Positions 1 through 9,063 of a stretch of DNA of 64,000 bases are shown here, in pieces. The position numbers were made by a program, and so were the translations under genes. This DNA comes from Clostridia bacterium (GTDB lineage Bacteria; Bacillota; Clostridia; Acetivibrionales; UBA4821), in assembly GCA_041687355.1 (NCBI GenBank), contig JAWLCD010000010.1:2371-66370 (forward strand). Reading direction: 5' to 3'. The stretch's first letter is position 1; each line of letters starts with the position of its first letter. The notes beneath the pieces are model-generated. The model worked only from the letters and a program-made list of their open reading frames with translations, ran no database searches and was not told where the DNA came from.

Positions 1-49
1 TCTGAGCAACAAAAAAATCCTCATATACGCTACGAGGATTTTTCCCTTA

Positions 50-835
50 CTATTTTTTGTGGCATTCGCAGTGCTCAAAGAACTGTTTCTTAAGCTTCTC
101 CACTACTTCAGGCGAGATATGCGCTAGTTCCATATTGTGCTCCCATACATGCTCTCCGAAATCGGTAACAGGATTGATGTTCAGATTTGCTATCTCTTCA
201 ACCTCAGCGGCCACATCAACCACTTTTCTTACTCCAACCAGAGAATGAGGGTGCAGACTCACATAGACTTCACTAGCCCTGCACAGCTTGCTTCCCTCGC
301 CTACCTTAACCTTCTCCGTACAGCTTCCATAGATTCTTGCTCCAGCCTCTATAACAACATTGTCTTCAATTACTGCGTTCTTAACCTCGCAGTTATCCCC
401 TATTCTTACATTATTGCCTATAACACTGTTTTCAACCTTTGCACATTCTTGTATCTCAACAAAGTTACCCATCTCACTGTTGAATACTCTGGCCTCATGG
501 CCTATATACACCCTATGTCCGGTTTTAATGTTGTGAACCGTAGAACGCACGCCGAAGAAAACGTCATAGTCGGTCACTACATGGCCATGAACTACTGCAT
601 AGTGTCCCAGGTTGTTTGTCGGTCCAAGATAAATCCCCCCGGATTCACCGCCATGCGCGTGAAGAAGTGCTCCTTCCTGAAGTGTGCAGCCAGGTCCAAG
701 ATAAATTTCCTCTCCCGGGTCCTTACGTATAATACTTCCTGGCAGCAGTACAATGCTGTCAGCTACAATCTCAGGCTTGTTAACAGGACATTTAAACCAC
801 TTTTTTACCTTGTGCATTCCATCCCTCTTATACAT
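50..835 (-). CDS. left-handed beta-helix (hexapeptide-repeat) protein, gamma-carbonic-anhydrase/acyltransferase-like
   Basis: 261-aa ORF with hexapeptide periodicity (VIGNNVRIGDNCEVKNAVIEDNVVIEAGARI) and a His-rich core (HAHGG, VVHGH). Family-level call only. Confidence 0.6.
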   Translation of the reverse strand: MYKRDGMHKVKKWFKCPVNKPEIVADSIVLLPGSIIRKDPGEEIYLGPGCTLQEGALLHAHGGESGGIYLGPTNNLGHYAVVHGHVVTDYDVFFGVRSTVHNIKTGHRVYIGHEARVFNSEMGNFVEIQECAKVENSVIGNNVRIGDNCEVKNAVIEDNVVIEAGARIYGSCTEKVKVGEGSKLCRASEVYVSLHPHSLVGVRKVVDVAAEVEEIANLNINPVTDFGEHVWEHNMELAHISPEVVEKLKKQFFEHCECHKK

Positions 836-1020
836 CTTATTCCTCCCGTTTTCTTAGATTTCTACTATAGAAATGTTCCTGCAAAACTCTCTTCAAACCC
901 TTTAATTTTGCAACTAAATTATTACGGCTATATTAAATAACTATAAAGATATGGTAAAATATCTTGAGCCTTTTCAACTTAGACTAAAAATTTTAACTTG
1001 TGCAATAAATAGTACAAGAA

Positions 1021-1067
1021 TTAGGTAGGTGGACGCGGCCATTCGCTTCGCTCAAGGAACTTCCCCC
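1021..1067 (+). repeat. RepE copy E1
   Basis: TTAGGTAGGTGGACGCGGCCATTCGCTTCGCTCAAGGAACTTCCCCC. Lies immediately 5' of the RepB left arm. Confidence 0.75.
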
Positions 1068-1076
1068 TTTGATTAA

Positions 1077-1334
1077 GGAAAATGAATTAACTGGCGAATA
1101 AGTTTATGGAGAGATCCAAATGCTATCGGGTAGCCCAGGGCATACAGCTGGGACTTGTGCCCAGCCAAAGCCCGGGCCTACAATTATGCTTAAATTTCAG
1201 GAAGAATTTACAGGACGTCAATTCTAGGAATTATTGAGCCAGGACGGCGAATTAATTCCGGTCTGAAATTTAGTATAACAAGCATCTAGTTTATCTTGAT
1301 TTCGTAATCCTTATGAGTGGCTAATTTATATTCC
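1077..1334 (+). repeat. RepB copy B1 (long hairpin arms 1077-1116 / 1286-1334) enclosing RepD (1117-1185) and RepC copy C1 (1186-1285)
   Basis: Arms GGAAAATGAATTAACTGGCGAATAAGTTTATGGAGAGATC and CTAGTTTATCTTGATTTCGTAATCCTTATGAGTGGCTAATTTATATTCC are imperfectly complementary. Confidence 0.8.
1186..1285 (+). repeat. RepC copy C1 (100 nt, predicted three-way junction)
   Basis: Outer stems ATGCTT/AAGCAT and AAATTTCAG/CTGAAATTT enclose the hairpins GAATTTAC..GTCAATTC and GGAATTATT..AATTAATTCC. Confidence 0.75.
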
Positions 1335-1370
1335 TAAAATATTTCAAAATACTGCACAAGTCAAACTAAA

Positions 1371-1405
1371 AATCTCGATTGACCTCAATCAATCGAGATT
1401 TTTTT
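1371..1405. terminator. bidirectional intrinsic terminator (sigA 3' end)
   Basis: AATCTCGATTG-ACCTCAAT-CAATCGAGATT, flanked by an A-run and a T-run. It abuts the sigA stop codon. Confidence 0.85.
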
Positions 1406-2483
1406 AATCAAGGTAATCCTTTAGCTTCTTGCTCCTACTGGGATGCCTCAGCTTTCTCAGTGCCTTTGCCTCAATCTGTCTGATTCTTTCCCTTGTTACA
1501 TTAAATTCCTTTCCAACCTCTTCAAGGGTTCTTGCACGTCCATCATCCAGTCCGAACCTGAGTCTAAGTACCTTCTCCTCTCTCGGAGTCAGTGTATCAA
1601 GTACGTCAATCAATTGTTCCTTAAGCAGGGTAAACGCTGCAGCCTCTGAAGGAGCAGGCGCATCATCATCAGGTATAAAATCACCCAAATGGCTGTCCTC
1701 TTCTTCACCTATAGGAGTTTCAAGTGACACGGGCTCCTGAGCTATCTTGAGGATTTCCCGTACCTTTTCGACCGAAAGGCCCATTTCATTAGCAATTTCT
1801 TCAGGCTGTGGCTCCCGTCCAAGCTCCTGTAGAAGCTGTCTTGAAACCCTGATAAGCTTATTTATTGTTTCAACCATGTGGACAGGAATCCTTATAGTTC
1901 TTGCCTGGTCAGCGATGGCTCTAGTAATTGCCTGCCTTATCCACCATGTAGCATAGGTACTGAATTTATATCCTTTTGTATAATCAAATTTTTCTACTGC
2001 CTTTATTAACCCAAGGTTACCCTCCTGAATCAAATCCAGGAAAAGCATCCCCCTACCGACATATCTCTTCGCAATACTGACAACAAGTCTGAGGTTGGCT
2101 TCAGCAAGTCTCCTTTTGGCCTCGGTATCACCCATCTCCATTTTCCTTGCGAGGTCAATCTCCTCTTCAGCAGAAAGAAGCGGTACTTTGCCTATTTCCT
2201 TGAGATACATCCTGACTGGGTCATCAATGCTAACCCCTTCAGGAACAGACATATCTTCAAGTTCCTCTTCGGTGAGCTGTAAATCCTCCAGTTCGGCTTC
2301 GATGTCTCCAATTATATCAATACCTACATTCTCCAGGGTATCATATATTTTTTCAATCTGATCGGGGTCAAGGTCTATTTCTTCAAGAGCATCCATAATT
2401 TCTTTATAGGTAAGCATTCCCTTTGCTTTGCCTCTCTCAATCAGCTCTTTTATTATAGCCTTTTTGCCTTCATTACCACTCAC
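1404..2483 (-). CDS. sigA: RNA polymerase primary sigma factor (sigma-70/SigA)
   Basis: 359 aa. Region 2 [19 protein letters not shown] and region 4.2 [20 protein letters not shown]. Lies downstream of dnaG, as in the Firmicute dnaG-sigA operon. Confidence 0.97.
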   Translation of the reverse strand: MSGNEGKKAIIKELIERGKAKGMLTYKEIMDALEEIDLDPDQIEKIYDTLENVGIDIIGDIEAELEDLQLTEEELEDMSVPEGVSIDDPVRMYLKEIGKVPLLSAEEEIDLARKMEMGDTEAKRRLAEANLRLVVSIAKRYVGRGMLFLDLIQEGNLGLIKAVEKFDYTKGYKFSTYATWWIRQAITRAIADQARTIRIPVHMVETINKLIRVSRQLLQELGREPQPEEIANEMGLSVEKVREILKIAQEPVSLETPIGEEEDSHLGDFIPDDDAPAPSEAAAFTLLKEQLIDVLDTLTPREEKVLRLRFGLDDGRARTLEEVGKEFNVTRERIRQIEAKALRKLRHPSRSKKLKDYLD

Positions 2484-4320
2484 TGTTCACGCCTCCTTTC
2501 TGCATTGGTTTTTTCATAGCTCCAAGTGCAAATGTTAGTGTTTTTAATTCTTCATCCAATTTTCTCAATTCCTCAGCATTAATATTTTTTTCTTTCATCT
2601 GAACATGCAGTTCATGTATTCTGGCCTCAATCTTGCCTCTTTCAACTGTTCCCAGGAGTTCATCGGCAACCTTGTAATTATCTTCAAAATTGTTCTCACC
2701 CTGCATTATTTCTGAAAACAAATTTATTTCTTCCTGTTCTTCAAGCCTGTTCAGTATTTCTGAATGAGTGACTTCACCCAGTTGGTCATAAGCCTTAACT
2801 ATCTTCTCAACAATACATTTCCCGGGTTCCCATCTGAAATCATCAGGTTTAATCTTCTTACTGATGTATCCGAAGAGTTCCTTGTCTCCGAGGCTCATTA
2901 AAGCAATCAGCATTTTCTCGGTCTGTATGATTCTACGGTCCAACCTATTTTCTGTTTTGGCAGTTCTTGGTCTTTCTATCCTGGCATTCTCGGGAACCCT
3001 GAACCGCACCTTGTTCCTGCCATGTACCTGTTTGCTTATCTCTGCATATATCGGTTCAACAGCTATTCCGGTTTCCTCGGATATTTTCCTTACATAAGCA
3101 TCTCTTTCAATATTGTTCTGTACTTTGGCCAGCACTGCTGCCATTTTGTTTAAAAATCCAATCTTTCCTCTTACATCGTTTAAATCATGTTGTTCCTTGA
3201 GAATGTCAATCTTAAACTCAGCCAGGGATTTTGCTGATTTAACCAAATCCCTGAACAGCTTAACCCCTTTTTTCCTTACTAATTCATCAGGGTCTTTAGC
3301 ATCAAGGAGCTTTATAACCCTGACCGGTATTCCCATATCATTCAGGAGGTCCAATCCTCTCACTGCAGCATTCTGGCCTGCCGTATCGGCATCAAAGGAT
3401 ATTATTATTTCATCAAAATACTTCCTGAGCAGCCTACCCTGCTCCTGTGTAAAAGATGTCCCAAGAGATGCAGCTGCATTTTCAATCCCATGCTGGTACA
3501 GAGATATTACATCCATATATCCTTCCACTACAATTACTTTTTTCTCATTCGACTTCTTGGCCAGATTGAGGCCGTAAAGGTTTTTTCTTTTGTTGAACAC
3601 CAAGGTTTCAGGTGAGTTCAAATATTTAGGCATGGAATTGTCCAGTACTCTTCCACCAAACCCTATAACCCTGTCCCTGACATCAAGGATAGGAAAAATA
3701 ATTCTTGCTCTGAATTTATCATTTAAAATATTCCTTTTACTTTTATATGCCAGTCCAGCCTCAACTATTTCTTCTTCACCAAATCCTTTTAATTTCAGCA
3801 GGCTGGCAAGGTCATTATTTATTCCAAAAGCAAAGCCAAGTCCGAATCTCTTAATTATATCTGTAGAAATACCCCTGTCTTTCAGGTACCTTAATGCATC
3901 TGCAGCTTTTGAATCATTCAGGTTCTGGTGAAAATACCTGGCAGCTTCAAGGTTCATTTCCAGAATACGCTGTTTCAGTCTGACCTTTTCAGGTTGGGCG
4001 GCCATATCTCCTTCTTCAGGCAAATGCATTCCAACCCTTTCAGCAAGGTGTCTTACCGATTCCACAAATTCAAGGTTTTCTATTCTGCTGATAAAGTGGA
4101 ATACGTTGCCCCCTGTACCACATCCGAAACAATAATATATCTGCTTCTCAGGAGATACAGAGAATGAAGGAGTTTTCTCTGTATGGAAAGGACACAGACC
4201 GAAATAATTTCTCCCGCTTCGCTTTAACCTTACATATTCGGATATAACATCAACTATATCGTTGGAGCTTTTTACCTCTTCCAGGAGCTCATCTGAAAAA
4301 TAACCTGACATTAAAGACAC
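2473..4320 (-). CDS. dnaG: DNA primase
   Basis: Zinc-finger motif [26 protein letters not shown] and TOPRIM EGYMDV. Overlaps sigA by 11 nt. The ATG at 4311 is an alternative start. Confidence 0.95.
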   Translation of the reverse strand: MSLMSGYFSDELLEEVKSSNDIVDVISEYVRLKRSGRNYFGLCPFHTEKTPSFSVSPEKQIYYCFGCGTGGNVFHFISRIENLEFVESVRHLAERVGMHLPEEGDMAAQPEKVRLKQRILEMNLEAARYFHQNLNDSKAADALRYLKDRGISTDIIKRFGLGFAFGINNDLASLLKLKGFGEEEIVEAGLAYKSKRNILNDKFRARIIFPILDVRDRVIGFGGRVLDNSMPKYLNSPETLVFNKRKNLYGLNLAKKSNEKKVIVVEGYMDVISLYQHGIENAAASLGTSFTQEQGRLLRKYFDEIIISFDADTAGQNAAVRGLDLLNDMGIPVRVIKLLDAKDPDELVRKKGVKLFRDLVKSAKSLAEFKIDILKEQHDLNDVRGKIGFLNKMAAVLAKVQNNIERDAYVRKISEETGIAVEPIYAEISKQVHGRNKVRFRVPENARIERPRTAKTENRLDRRIIQTEKMLIALMSLGDKELFGYISKKIKPDDFRWEPGKCIVEKIVKAYDQLGEVTHSEILNRLEEQEEINLFSEIMQGENNFEDNYKVADELLGTVERGKIEARIHELHVQMKEKNINAEELRKLDEELKTLTFALGAMKKPMQKGGVNSEW

Positions 4321-4605
4321 CCAAAATCCTTATCGCTGAATAACGGGCATCAACAGCTTCTGCCCGGAATTCATAATACTTGGCTTCTTTTTCTATTAGT
4401 ACACTTCGACAAAATTAAAATATTTCCTCCTTGACATAAAAATTATAAGTATTAATTAATTTACAGTAAAATTTTATGTACAAAACCTATTTTATATTCG
4501 ACAAGTTAAATTTGTTTTCCTTCTTTTTATTCAAATATTTTCAAGCTTATTTTTAACTTAATTTTACATTTTTATACCAATCCCTTCAGTTCCCCGACTT
4601 CCAAC

Positions 4606-4630
4606 AAAAAATAGGAAGAAGTCTTCCTAT
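4606..4630 (-). terminator. terminator of the HMA-like gene
   Basis: ATAGGAAG-AAGT-CTTCCTAT with UUUUU on the minus strand. Confidence 0.75.
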
Positions 4631-4720
4631 TCCATAAAGAAATTCTTTAAAAATCTAATTGAATTTATTGTCTCATGCTCACTTCTATTTTCTATAACCA
4701 GCTTAATATGGTGAAGAAAT

Positions 4721-4936
4721 TTACTTTATGCCCTTTACATCCAATCCCTCCCGATTGATAAGTAATTTTATCCTCTCGCTGTCATAATCGTCTTCGTCAT
4801 AATCTACAGTTATGGTATCGGCTTGCATATCCACTCTGACTGCAATAATTCCTTCCTGCTTGGTCAAGGTGTGTTTTATCCCGTTCATTGTATCTGCATC
4901 TTTCATATTATTGATAATAAACTTGTCTGCTTTCAC
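4721..4936 (-). CDS. heavy-metal-associated (HMA) fold-like small protein lacking the CxxC metal site
   Basis: 71 aa with a beta-alpha-beta-beta-alpha-beta-like pattern (GIKHTLTKQEGIIAVRVDMQADTITVDYD). No Cys in the protein. A terminator hairpin lies downstream. Confidence 0.5.
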   Translation of the reverse strand: MKADKFIINNMKDADTMNGIKHTLTKQEGIIAVRVDMQADTITVDYDEDDYDSERIKLLINREGLDVKGIK

Positions 4937-5016
4937 GGCGTATCTCTCCTATCTCTTTTTATATATTATTTGTATGCTGCATTGTTTGTTATTCAGCTTT
5001 TTTCCACATACCGTTA

Positions 5017-6042
5017 CTAATCTTCGCTTATCGATGCCTCTGAAATACTTTCAACGTACTTGCTGTACTCATCAAAAAGCTTTCTATTCCTGTCATAGTC
5101 CTGATATGCCTGAAAACTGAATGAAGTAAATTTTTCTACATATTGCCTTTCTGCATTAATCTGCTTAATAATTCTCTCTACTGGGGCAGCGTTGAATTTA
5201 CTCTTCCCGTTTTCAATTTCTTCAACAAAGGTTTCAAGGTCTGACCACAGCTTGGTATTTCTACCCGAATATTCTACAGCATCCCGAGTTGCCTTGAACC
5301 ATTTTCCAACATTCTTTATGGCCTTGGTTCTATCTTTATCTTCACAAACAATCTCCCTTCTGCAACCTATTCCATCCTGAAGGGCGATAATATCTATATC
5401 GGTCTGTGAAAGTATATTGGACCACATATCTTTCCATTTGTTAGGTCCATATACTACATCTAGCGCCCTGTTAAAGAACGGTGAAATCATCAGAGGCAGG
5501 CCTGATACACGCCTGACATGGTTTATTAACAAATTATAATGTCTGGCAAGAATATTCTGCTTTTCGGAGGAGTTAAAATTCAAGTTATCGACTTCAAATG
5601 AACAGTACCAGCCTGCAAGCAGCTGAAACTCGCTTTCTTTCTGAAGCGCCCCATACCTGTTCCAGATATCATCAATAATTTCCCTGGATATCTCTGTTTC
5701 AACATCCATCCATTGATTAAATTCCCGCGGCGTTTTTGAAATGATCTTCCACCACTGGTCATTGGTGTTGAGGCCAATATATATCTTTATACCGTGTTTC
5801 CTGCCATAGGTAAGCATATTGGTAAGTAAGTCCTTCCTCACCACTCTTCCCGGCAGACTGCTCTGGTAGTAGGCTGTAGCCTTGTCATCACTACCCTTCC
5901 TGGTCTCAATCCACTGTAGAATTACATGGTCGAACAGTATTTTTTTGTACCGCTTAAAGTGCTGATCAAACTGTTCCTTATCCCAGTCTACAATATACTC
6001 CGGTTGAATAAACGTCCCTTCAAGATACTTCTTGCTATTCAT
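5017..6042 (-). CDS. DUF4434-like TIM-barrel/glycoside-hydrolase-fold protein (putative)
   Basis: 341-aa ORF. The N-terminal GTFIQP...ILQW...IKIYIGL pattern recalls DUF4434 proteins. Weak family recall. Confidence 0.5.
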   Translation of the reverse strand: MNSKKYLEGTFIQPEYIVDWDKEQFDQHFKRYKKILFDHVILQWIETRKGSDDKATAYYQSSLPGRVVRKDLLTNMLTYGRKHGIKIYIGLNTNDQWWKIISKTPREFNQWMDVETEISREIIDDIWNRYGALQKESEFQLLAGWYCSFEVDNLNFNSSEKQNILARHYNLLINHVRRVSGLPLMISPFFNRALDVVYGPNKWKDMWSNILSQTDIDIIALQDGIGCRREIVCEDKDRTKAIKNVGKWFKATRDAVEYSGRNTKLWSDLETFVEEIENGKSKFNAAPVERIIKQINAERQYVEKFTSFSFQAYQDYDRNRKLFDEYSKYVESISEASISED

Positions 6043-6165
6043 AATATCAAGTCATTCCCGACATTATTTTCTAAGATATTTTACTCGCTCAAGTGGGCAT
6101 TTATTACACCCGGTTTGCACATCAAGGGAATTTATGGGAAATAATTCAGTATGTCAGGCATAAAT

Positions 6166-6300
6166 ATAAACAGGATTCTTGGATTCAGGTGGAGTTTTTT
6201 TCTCCATCTGAATCTTAGAAGCCGTTATCCAGGGGCGTAGCGCCGCTTAGCTCCCGCTTGAAGAAGAGGGAGTCTTAGCGGCGGTAGTCATCGGATAAAA
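6166..6300 (+). repeat. RepA copy A1 (core only, 135 nt)
   Basis: ATAAACAGGATTCTTGGATTCAGGTGGAG...CTCCATCTGAATCTTAGAAGCCGTTATCCAGG..GTAGCGCCGCTTAG..GGAGTCTTAGCGGCGGTAGTCATCGGATAAAA. Sits in the divergent gap upstream of ldcA. Confidence 0.9.
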
Positions 6301-6325
6301 CAAACCAATTTAAGGGCACAAGAAT

Positions 6326-7258
6326 ATGTCGGTTGTCAAACCAAAAGCTTTGCAGCCCGGAGGTACGATAGGAGTTATTTCCCCTGCCGGTCCTATTAAT
6401 GTGGAGAGTCTGCACTCACTTGAGAAGGGGTTATACTGGCTTAAGAAATTAGGCTATGAAGTAGTTCCCGGTCACTATGTCTACTCAAGGAATGGCTACC
6501 TTTCCGGAACCGATAGGCAAAGGGCTTATGACCTTATGAGAATGTTCAGCGATAAGAAAATTGATGCCATTTTCTGTTCGCGCGGTGGATACGGCGCAGA
6601 GAGAATAATTGACTATATTGACCTTGAAGTTATTATTAATAATCCTAAAATATTTGTAGGCTACAGTAACATAACCATTCTTCTCAATCTTCTTAGCCGG
6701 AAAACAAATATGATTACCTTTCACGGCCCTATGGTCAAGGAATTCTGTTCAAGCGACCGTGGCCGTAATCTTGGGACCCTAATGAAAACAGTTTCTTGCC
6801 CTACGGATTTTCATGAAGTTCTTCCGATTGCATGCGGAAAATACAGAACCCTGGTACCTGGAATATGCTGCGGCAAGCTGACAGGCGGTAACCTTTCAAC
6901 AATAATAAGTTCGCTCGGAACCGACTTTGAAATTGATACCGATGGAAAAATACTTTTCCTTGAAGATGTAAACGAGCCTGCCTATGTTGTAGACAGGATG
7001 CTTACACACCTGAAGAATGCCAGGAAGTTTGACCGCTGCCTCGGAATAGTCCTTGGCGAATTTTCTGACTGTGAAGACTCAGATGGCATCTCAGTTGAAG
7101 AGACATTGAGGCAGAACCTGCTCCAGCTTGGAAGGCCGGCAATATCAGGTGTCAACGCCGGCCATGGTTTATACAATATTACCCTTCCTATCGGTGCACT
7201 TGCTGAACTTAACGCTGTCAATGGAAGACTAACCATTGTAGAATCAGTGGTTAGCTAA
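6326..7258 (+). CDS. ldcA: LD-carboxypeptidase (muramoyltetrapeptide carboxypeptidase, peptidase S66)
   Basis: 310 aa with GTIGVISPAGP, GYSNIT (Ser nucleophile region) and a C-terminal GHG motif. Confidence 0.85.
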   Translation: MSVVKPKALQPGGTIGVISPAGPINVESLHSLEKGLYWLKKLGYEVVPGHYVYSRNGYLSGTDRQRAYDLMRMFSDKKIDAIFCSRGGYGAERIIDYIDLEVIINNPKIFVGYSNITILLNLLSRKTNMITFHGPMVKEFCSSDRGRNLGTLMKTVSCPTDFHEVLPIACGKYRTLVPGICCGKLTGGNLSTIISSLGTDFEIDTDGKILFLEDVNEPAYVVDRMLTHLKNARKFDRCLGIVLGEFSDCEDSDGISVEETLRQNLLQLGRPAISGVNAGHGLYNITLPIGALAELNAVNGRLTIVESVVS

Positions 7259-7286
7259 ATATTTAGAGTATTGAACCTATACGTAT

Positions 7287-7325
7287 CGTGACGTGGCCAT
7301 TCACTTCGTTCAAGGAACTTCCCCC
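7287..7325 (+). repeat. RepE copy E2
   Basis: CGTGACGTGGCCATTCACTTCGTTCAAGGAACTTCCCCC, 5' of B2. Confidence 0.75.
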
Positions 7326-7334
7326 TTTGGTTAA

Positions 7335-7412
7335 GGGAAATGAATTAACTGGAGAATAAGTTTATGGAGAAATCTGATTTCGTAATCCTTATGAGCTGTT
7401 AATTTATTTCCC
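7335..7412 (+). repeat. RepB copy B2 (minimal form; arms joined at the GAAATC-T-GATTTC palindrome)
   Basis: GGGAAATGAATTAACTGGAGAATAAGTTTATGGAGAAATCTGATTTCGTAATCCTTATGAGCTGTTAATTTATTTCCC. Confidence 0.8.
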
Positions 7413-7424
7413 TGTATATAAGAT

Positions 7425-7464
7425 AAAGGGGCACGGCTACTCGCTCCGCTCAAGGAGCTTCCCC
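7425..7464 (+). repeat. RepE copy E3 (diverged)
   Basis: AAAGGGGCACGGCTACTCGCTCCGCTCAAGGAGCTTCCCC, 3' of B2. Confidence 0.65.
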
Positions 7465-7487
7465 ACTCTCCACAAGTCAAATAAGCA

Positions 7488-7526
7488 AATAAAAAAACCT
7501 TTAGCAGTTATGCCTGCTATAGGTTT
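7488..7526 (-). terminator. terminator of the coaD-downstream coiled-coil gene
   Basis: AAACCTTTAGCAG-TTATGC-CTGCTATAGGTTT. On the minus strand it is followed by UUUUUUU. Confidence 0.8.
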
Positions 7527-7546
7527 CCTTCTATACAAACCAAAAT

Positions 7547-7984
7547 TTATCTCAATTCTTCTCTGTTGATGCGTATTGTATCTATAGTATCTCTTAGTAT
7601 ATCCTCAAGCTTTGCGAGAACTTCATCGGCATATTCCTTGGCGCCCTGGTGGTACTCCCTTGCTGTGTTGTGAGCATTTTCCACAATCTCCTCAGCCTTC
7701 TCCATAGCCATCTTGGTAATCTCATGCTCGTCAACCATGGACATGATTCTGCTTTCCGTATCCTTTATGACATTGTCTGCTTCTTTCTGAGCTTCATGCA
7801 GTATCCTGTGTCGTTCTTCCTTTACCCACTTAGCTTGTTTTATCTCGTCCGGCAGCTTTAATCTTATTTCCTTAATAATATCAAGTACATCATCCTTCTC
7901 CACCACGGTCTTGCCCCATATCGGTACGGTAAAACTCCTTTCGAGAATATCCTCAATTGTTTCCAACAATGCCATAATGTCCAT
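7547..7984 (-). CDS. coiled-coil protein of unknown function (ATP-synthase-b/DivIVA-like heptads)
   Basis: 145 aa, highly charged and helical. Directly downstream of coaD, with a terminator hairpin at 7494-7526. Confidence 0.5.
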   Translation of the reverse strand: MDIMALLETIEDILERSFTVPIWGKTVVEKDDVLDIIKEIRLKLPDEIKQAKWVKEERHRILHEAQKEADNVIKDTESRIMSMVDEHEITKMAMEKAEEIVENAHNTAREYHQGAKEYADEVLAKLEDILRDTIDTIRINREELR

Positions 7985-7988
7985 GGCT

Positions 7989-8477
7989 TTACCCCTTTCC
8001 TACACGAAATTTATCAAGTACTCTATTCTTAATGATTTCAGGTACAAATTCGTCGATGTTCGCGCCAAGACTTGCCAGTTCCCTGACTATGCTTGAACTA
8101 AGATAAGAGTATTTACTGTTGGTCATCATAAATATGGTTTCAATATCAGCGTCCAGATTCTTATTCAGTAGAGCCATCTGAAACTCATATTCAAAATCTG
8201 TGACAACCCTTAGTCCCTTTACTATCACATTTGCCTTCTTCTGATTCATATAGTCTATCAGAAGCCCTTTAAAACTGTCAACCTCTATATTTGGATTTCC
8301 TGATATGCAGGCCTTAATCAAATCCACTCTTTCATCAAGTGAGAAGGCAGCCTGCTTATTGGAATTAACCAAAACAGCTATAATGAGTCTGTCAAAAATC
8401 TTTGATGCCCTTTCAATGATGTCCATATGACCTTTTGTTATGGGGTCAAAACTTCCTGGATATACACATACCTTCAA
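7989..8477 (-). CDS. coaD: phosphopantetheine adenylyltransferase
   Basis: 162 aa with [21 protein letters not shown] (T/HxGH nucleotidyltransferase motif). Confidence 0.95.
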   Translation of the reverse strand: MKVCVYPGSFDPITKGHMDIIERASKIFDRLIIAVLVNSNKQAAFSLDERVDLIKACISGNPNIEVDSFKGLLIDYMNQKKANVIVKGLRVVTDFEYEFQMALLNKNLDADIETIFMMTNSKYSYLSSSIVRELASLGANIDEFVPEIIKNRVLDKFRVGKG

Positions 8478-8482
8478 ATCGA

Positions 8483-9040
8483 TTACTCCTTAATCTTCCT
8501 ATAGAAGTTCAGAGCTGTCCTACCATAGCCCCTTTCGTCCACCCTTTTCAAGCAGTTCAATGTCTCGGGCAGAATATCCTTCTGTTCATTTTCAATCACA
8601 ATTATACCATCAGTTCTTATTAGGTTAAAGTATATCAGTAATTCAACGGCCTTATACTCAAAACCCTTGCCATATGGTGGGTCAAGAAATACCAGGTCGT
8701 ATTTTCTTTTCATCCCTGCAATTCTTCTCAATCCATCTTCAAAATTGCTCAGGTATACCTCTGCCTGTTCAGCAAACCCTGTATGCTGAAGATTGGATTT
8801 AACAACCGAAACGCATTCCCTGTTCCTGTCTATAAATGTCACAAATTGTGCGCCTCTGCTTAAAGCTTCTATTCCCAGTGCGCCCGTACCTGCAAACAGG
8901 TCAAGAACATGAGCATCGCATACAATCGGCCTTATTATGTTGAACAGTGACTCTTTAATCCTGTCAGCCGTTGGTCTCACAGCTTGTCCTTTTACCGATT
9001 CAAGCCTGAGCCCTCCGGCCTTTCCCGAAATTACTCTCAA
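8483..9040 (-). CDS. rsmD: 16S rRNA (guanine966-N2)-methyltransferase
   Basis: 185 aa with [32 protein letters not shown] and DPPY. Conserved rsmD-coaD pairing. Confidence 0.93.
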   Translation of the reverse strand: MRVISGKAGGLRLESVKGQAVRPTADRIKESLFNIIRPIVCDAHVLDLFAGTGALGIEALSRGAQFVTFIDRNRECVSVVKSNLQHTGFAEQAEVYLSNFEDGLRRIAGMKRKYDLVFLDPPYGKGFEYKAVELLIYFNLIRTDGIIVIENEQKDILPETLNCLKRVDERGYGRTALNFYRKIKE

Positions 9041-9063
9041 GAAACACCACCAATAGCCATTCT

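Noticed and set aside
137-940. 267-aa plus-strand ORF overlapping the beta-helix gene. The same applies to other long antisense ORFs: 11783..12571, 30333..30956, 40460..40921, 47574..47996, 57707..58384, 9500..9856, 3113..3577 and 28622..29080.
   Set aside because: Each lies entirely antisense to a gene with clear family motifs. They have low-complexity or Ser/Leu/Phe-rich translations and no RBS. They are typical shadow ORFs.
4431-4470. Plus-strand TTGACA promoter-like hexamer in the AT-rich dnaG upstream spacer
   Set aside because: There is no properly spaced -10 box and no downstream plus-strand gene. It is likely a chance match in AT-rich DNA.
6166-6300. RepA as a classical TIR-bounded MITE
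   Set aside because: The two ends (ATAAACAGGATTC... and ...GTAGTCATCGGATAAA) are not inverted repeats of each other. Only a shared ATAAA word is present. I therefore describe it as a hairpin element of unknown mechanism rather than a MITE.
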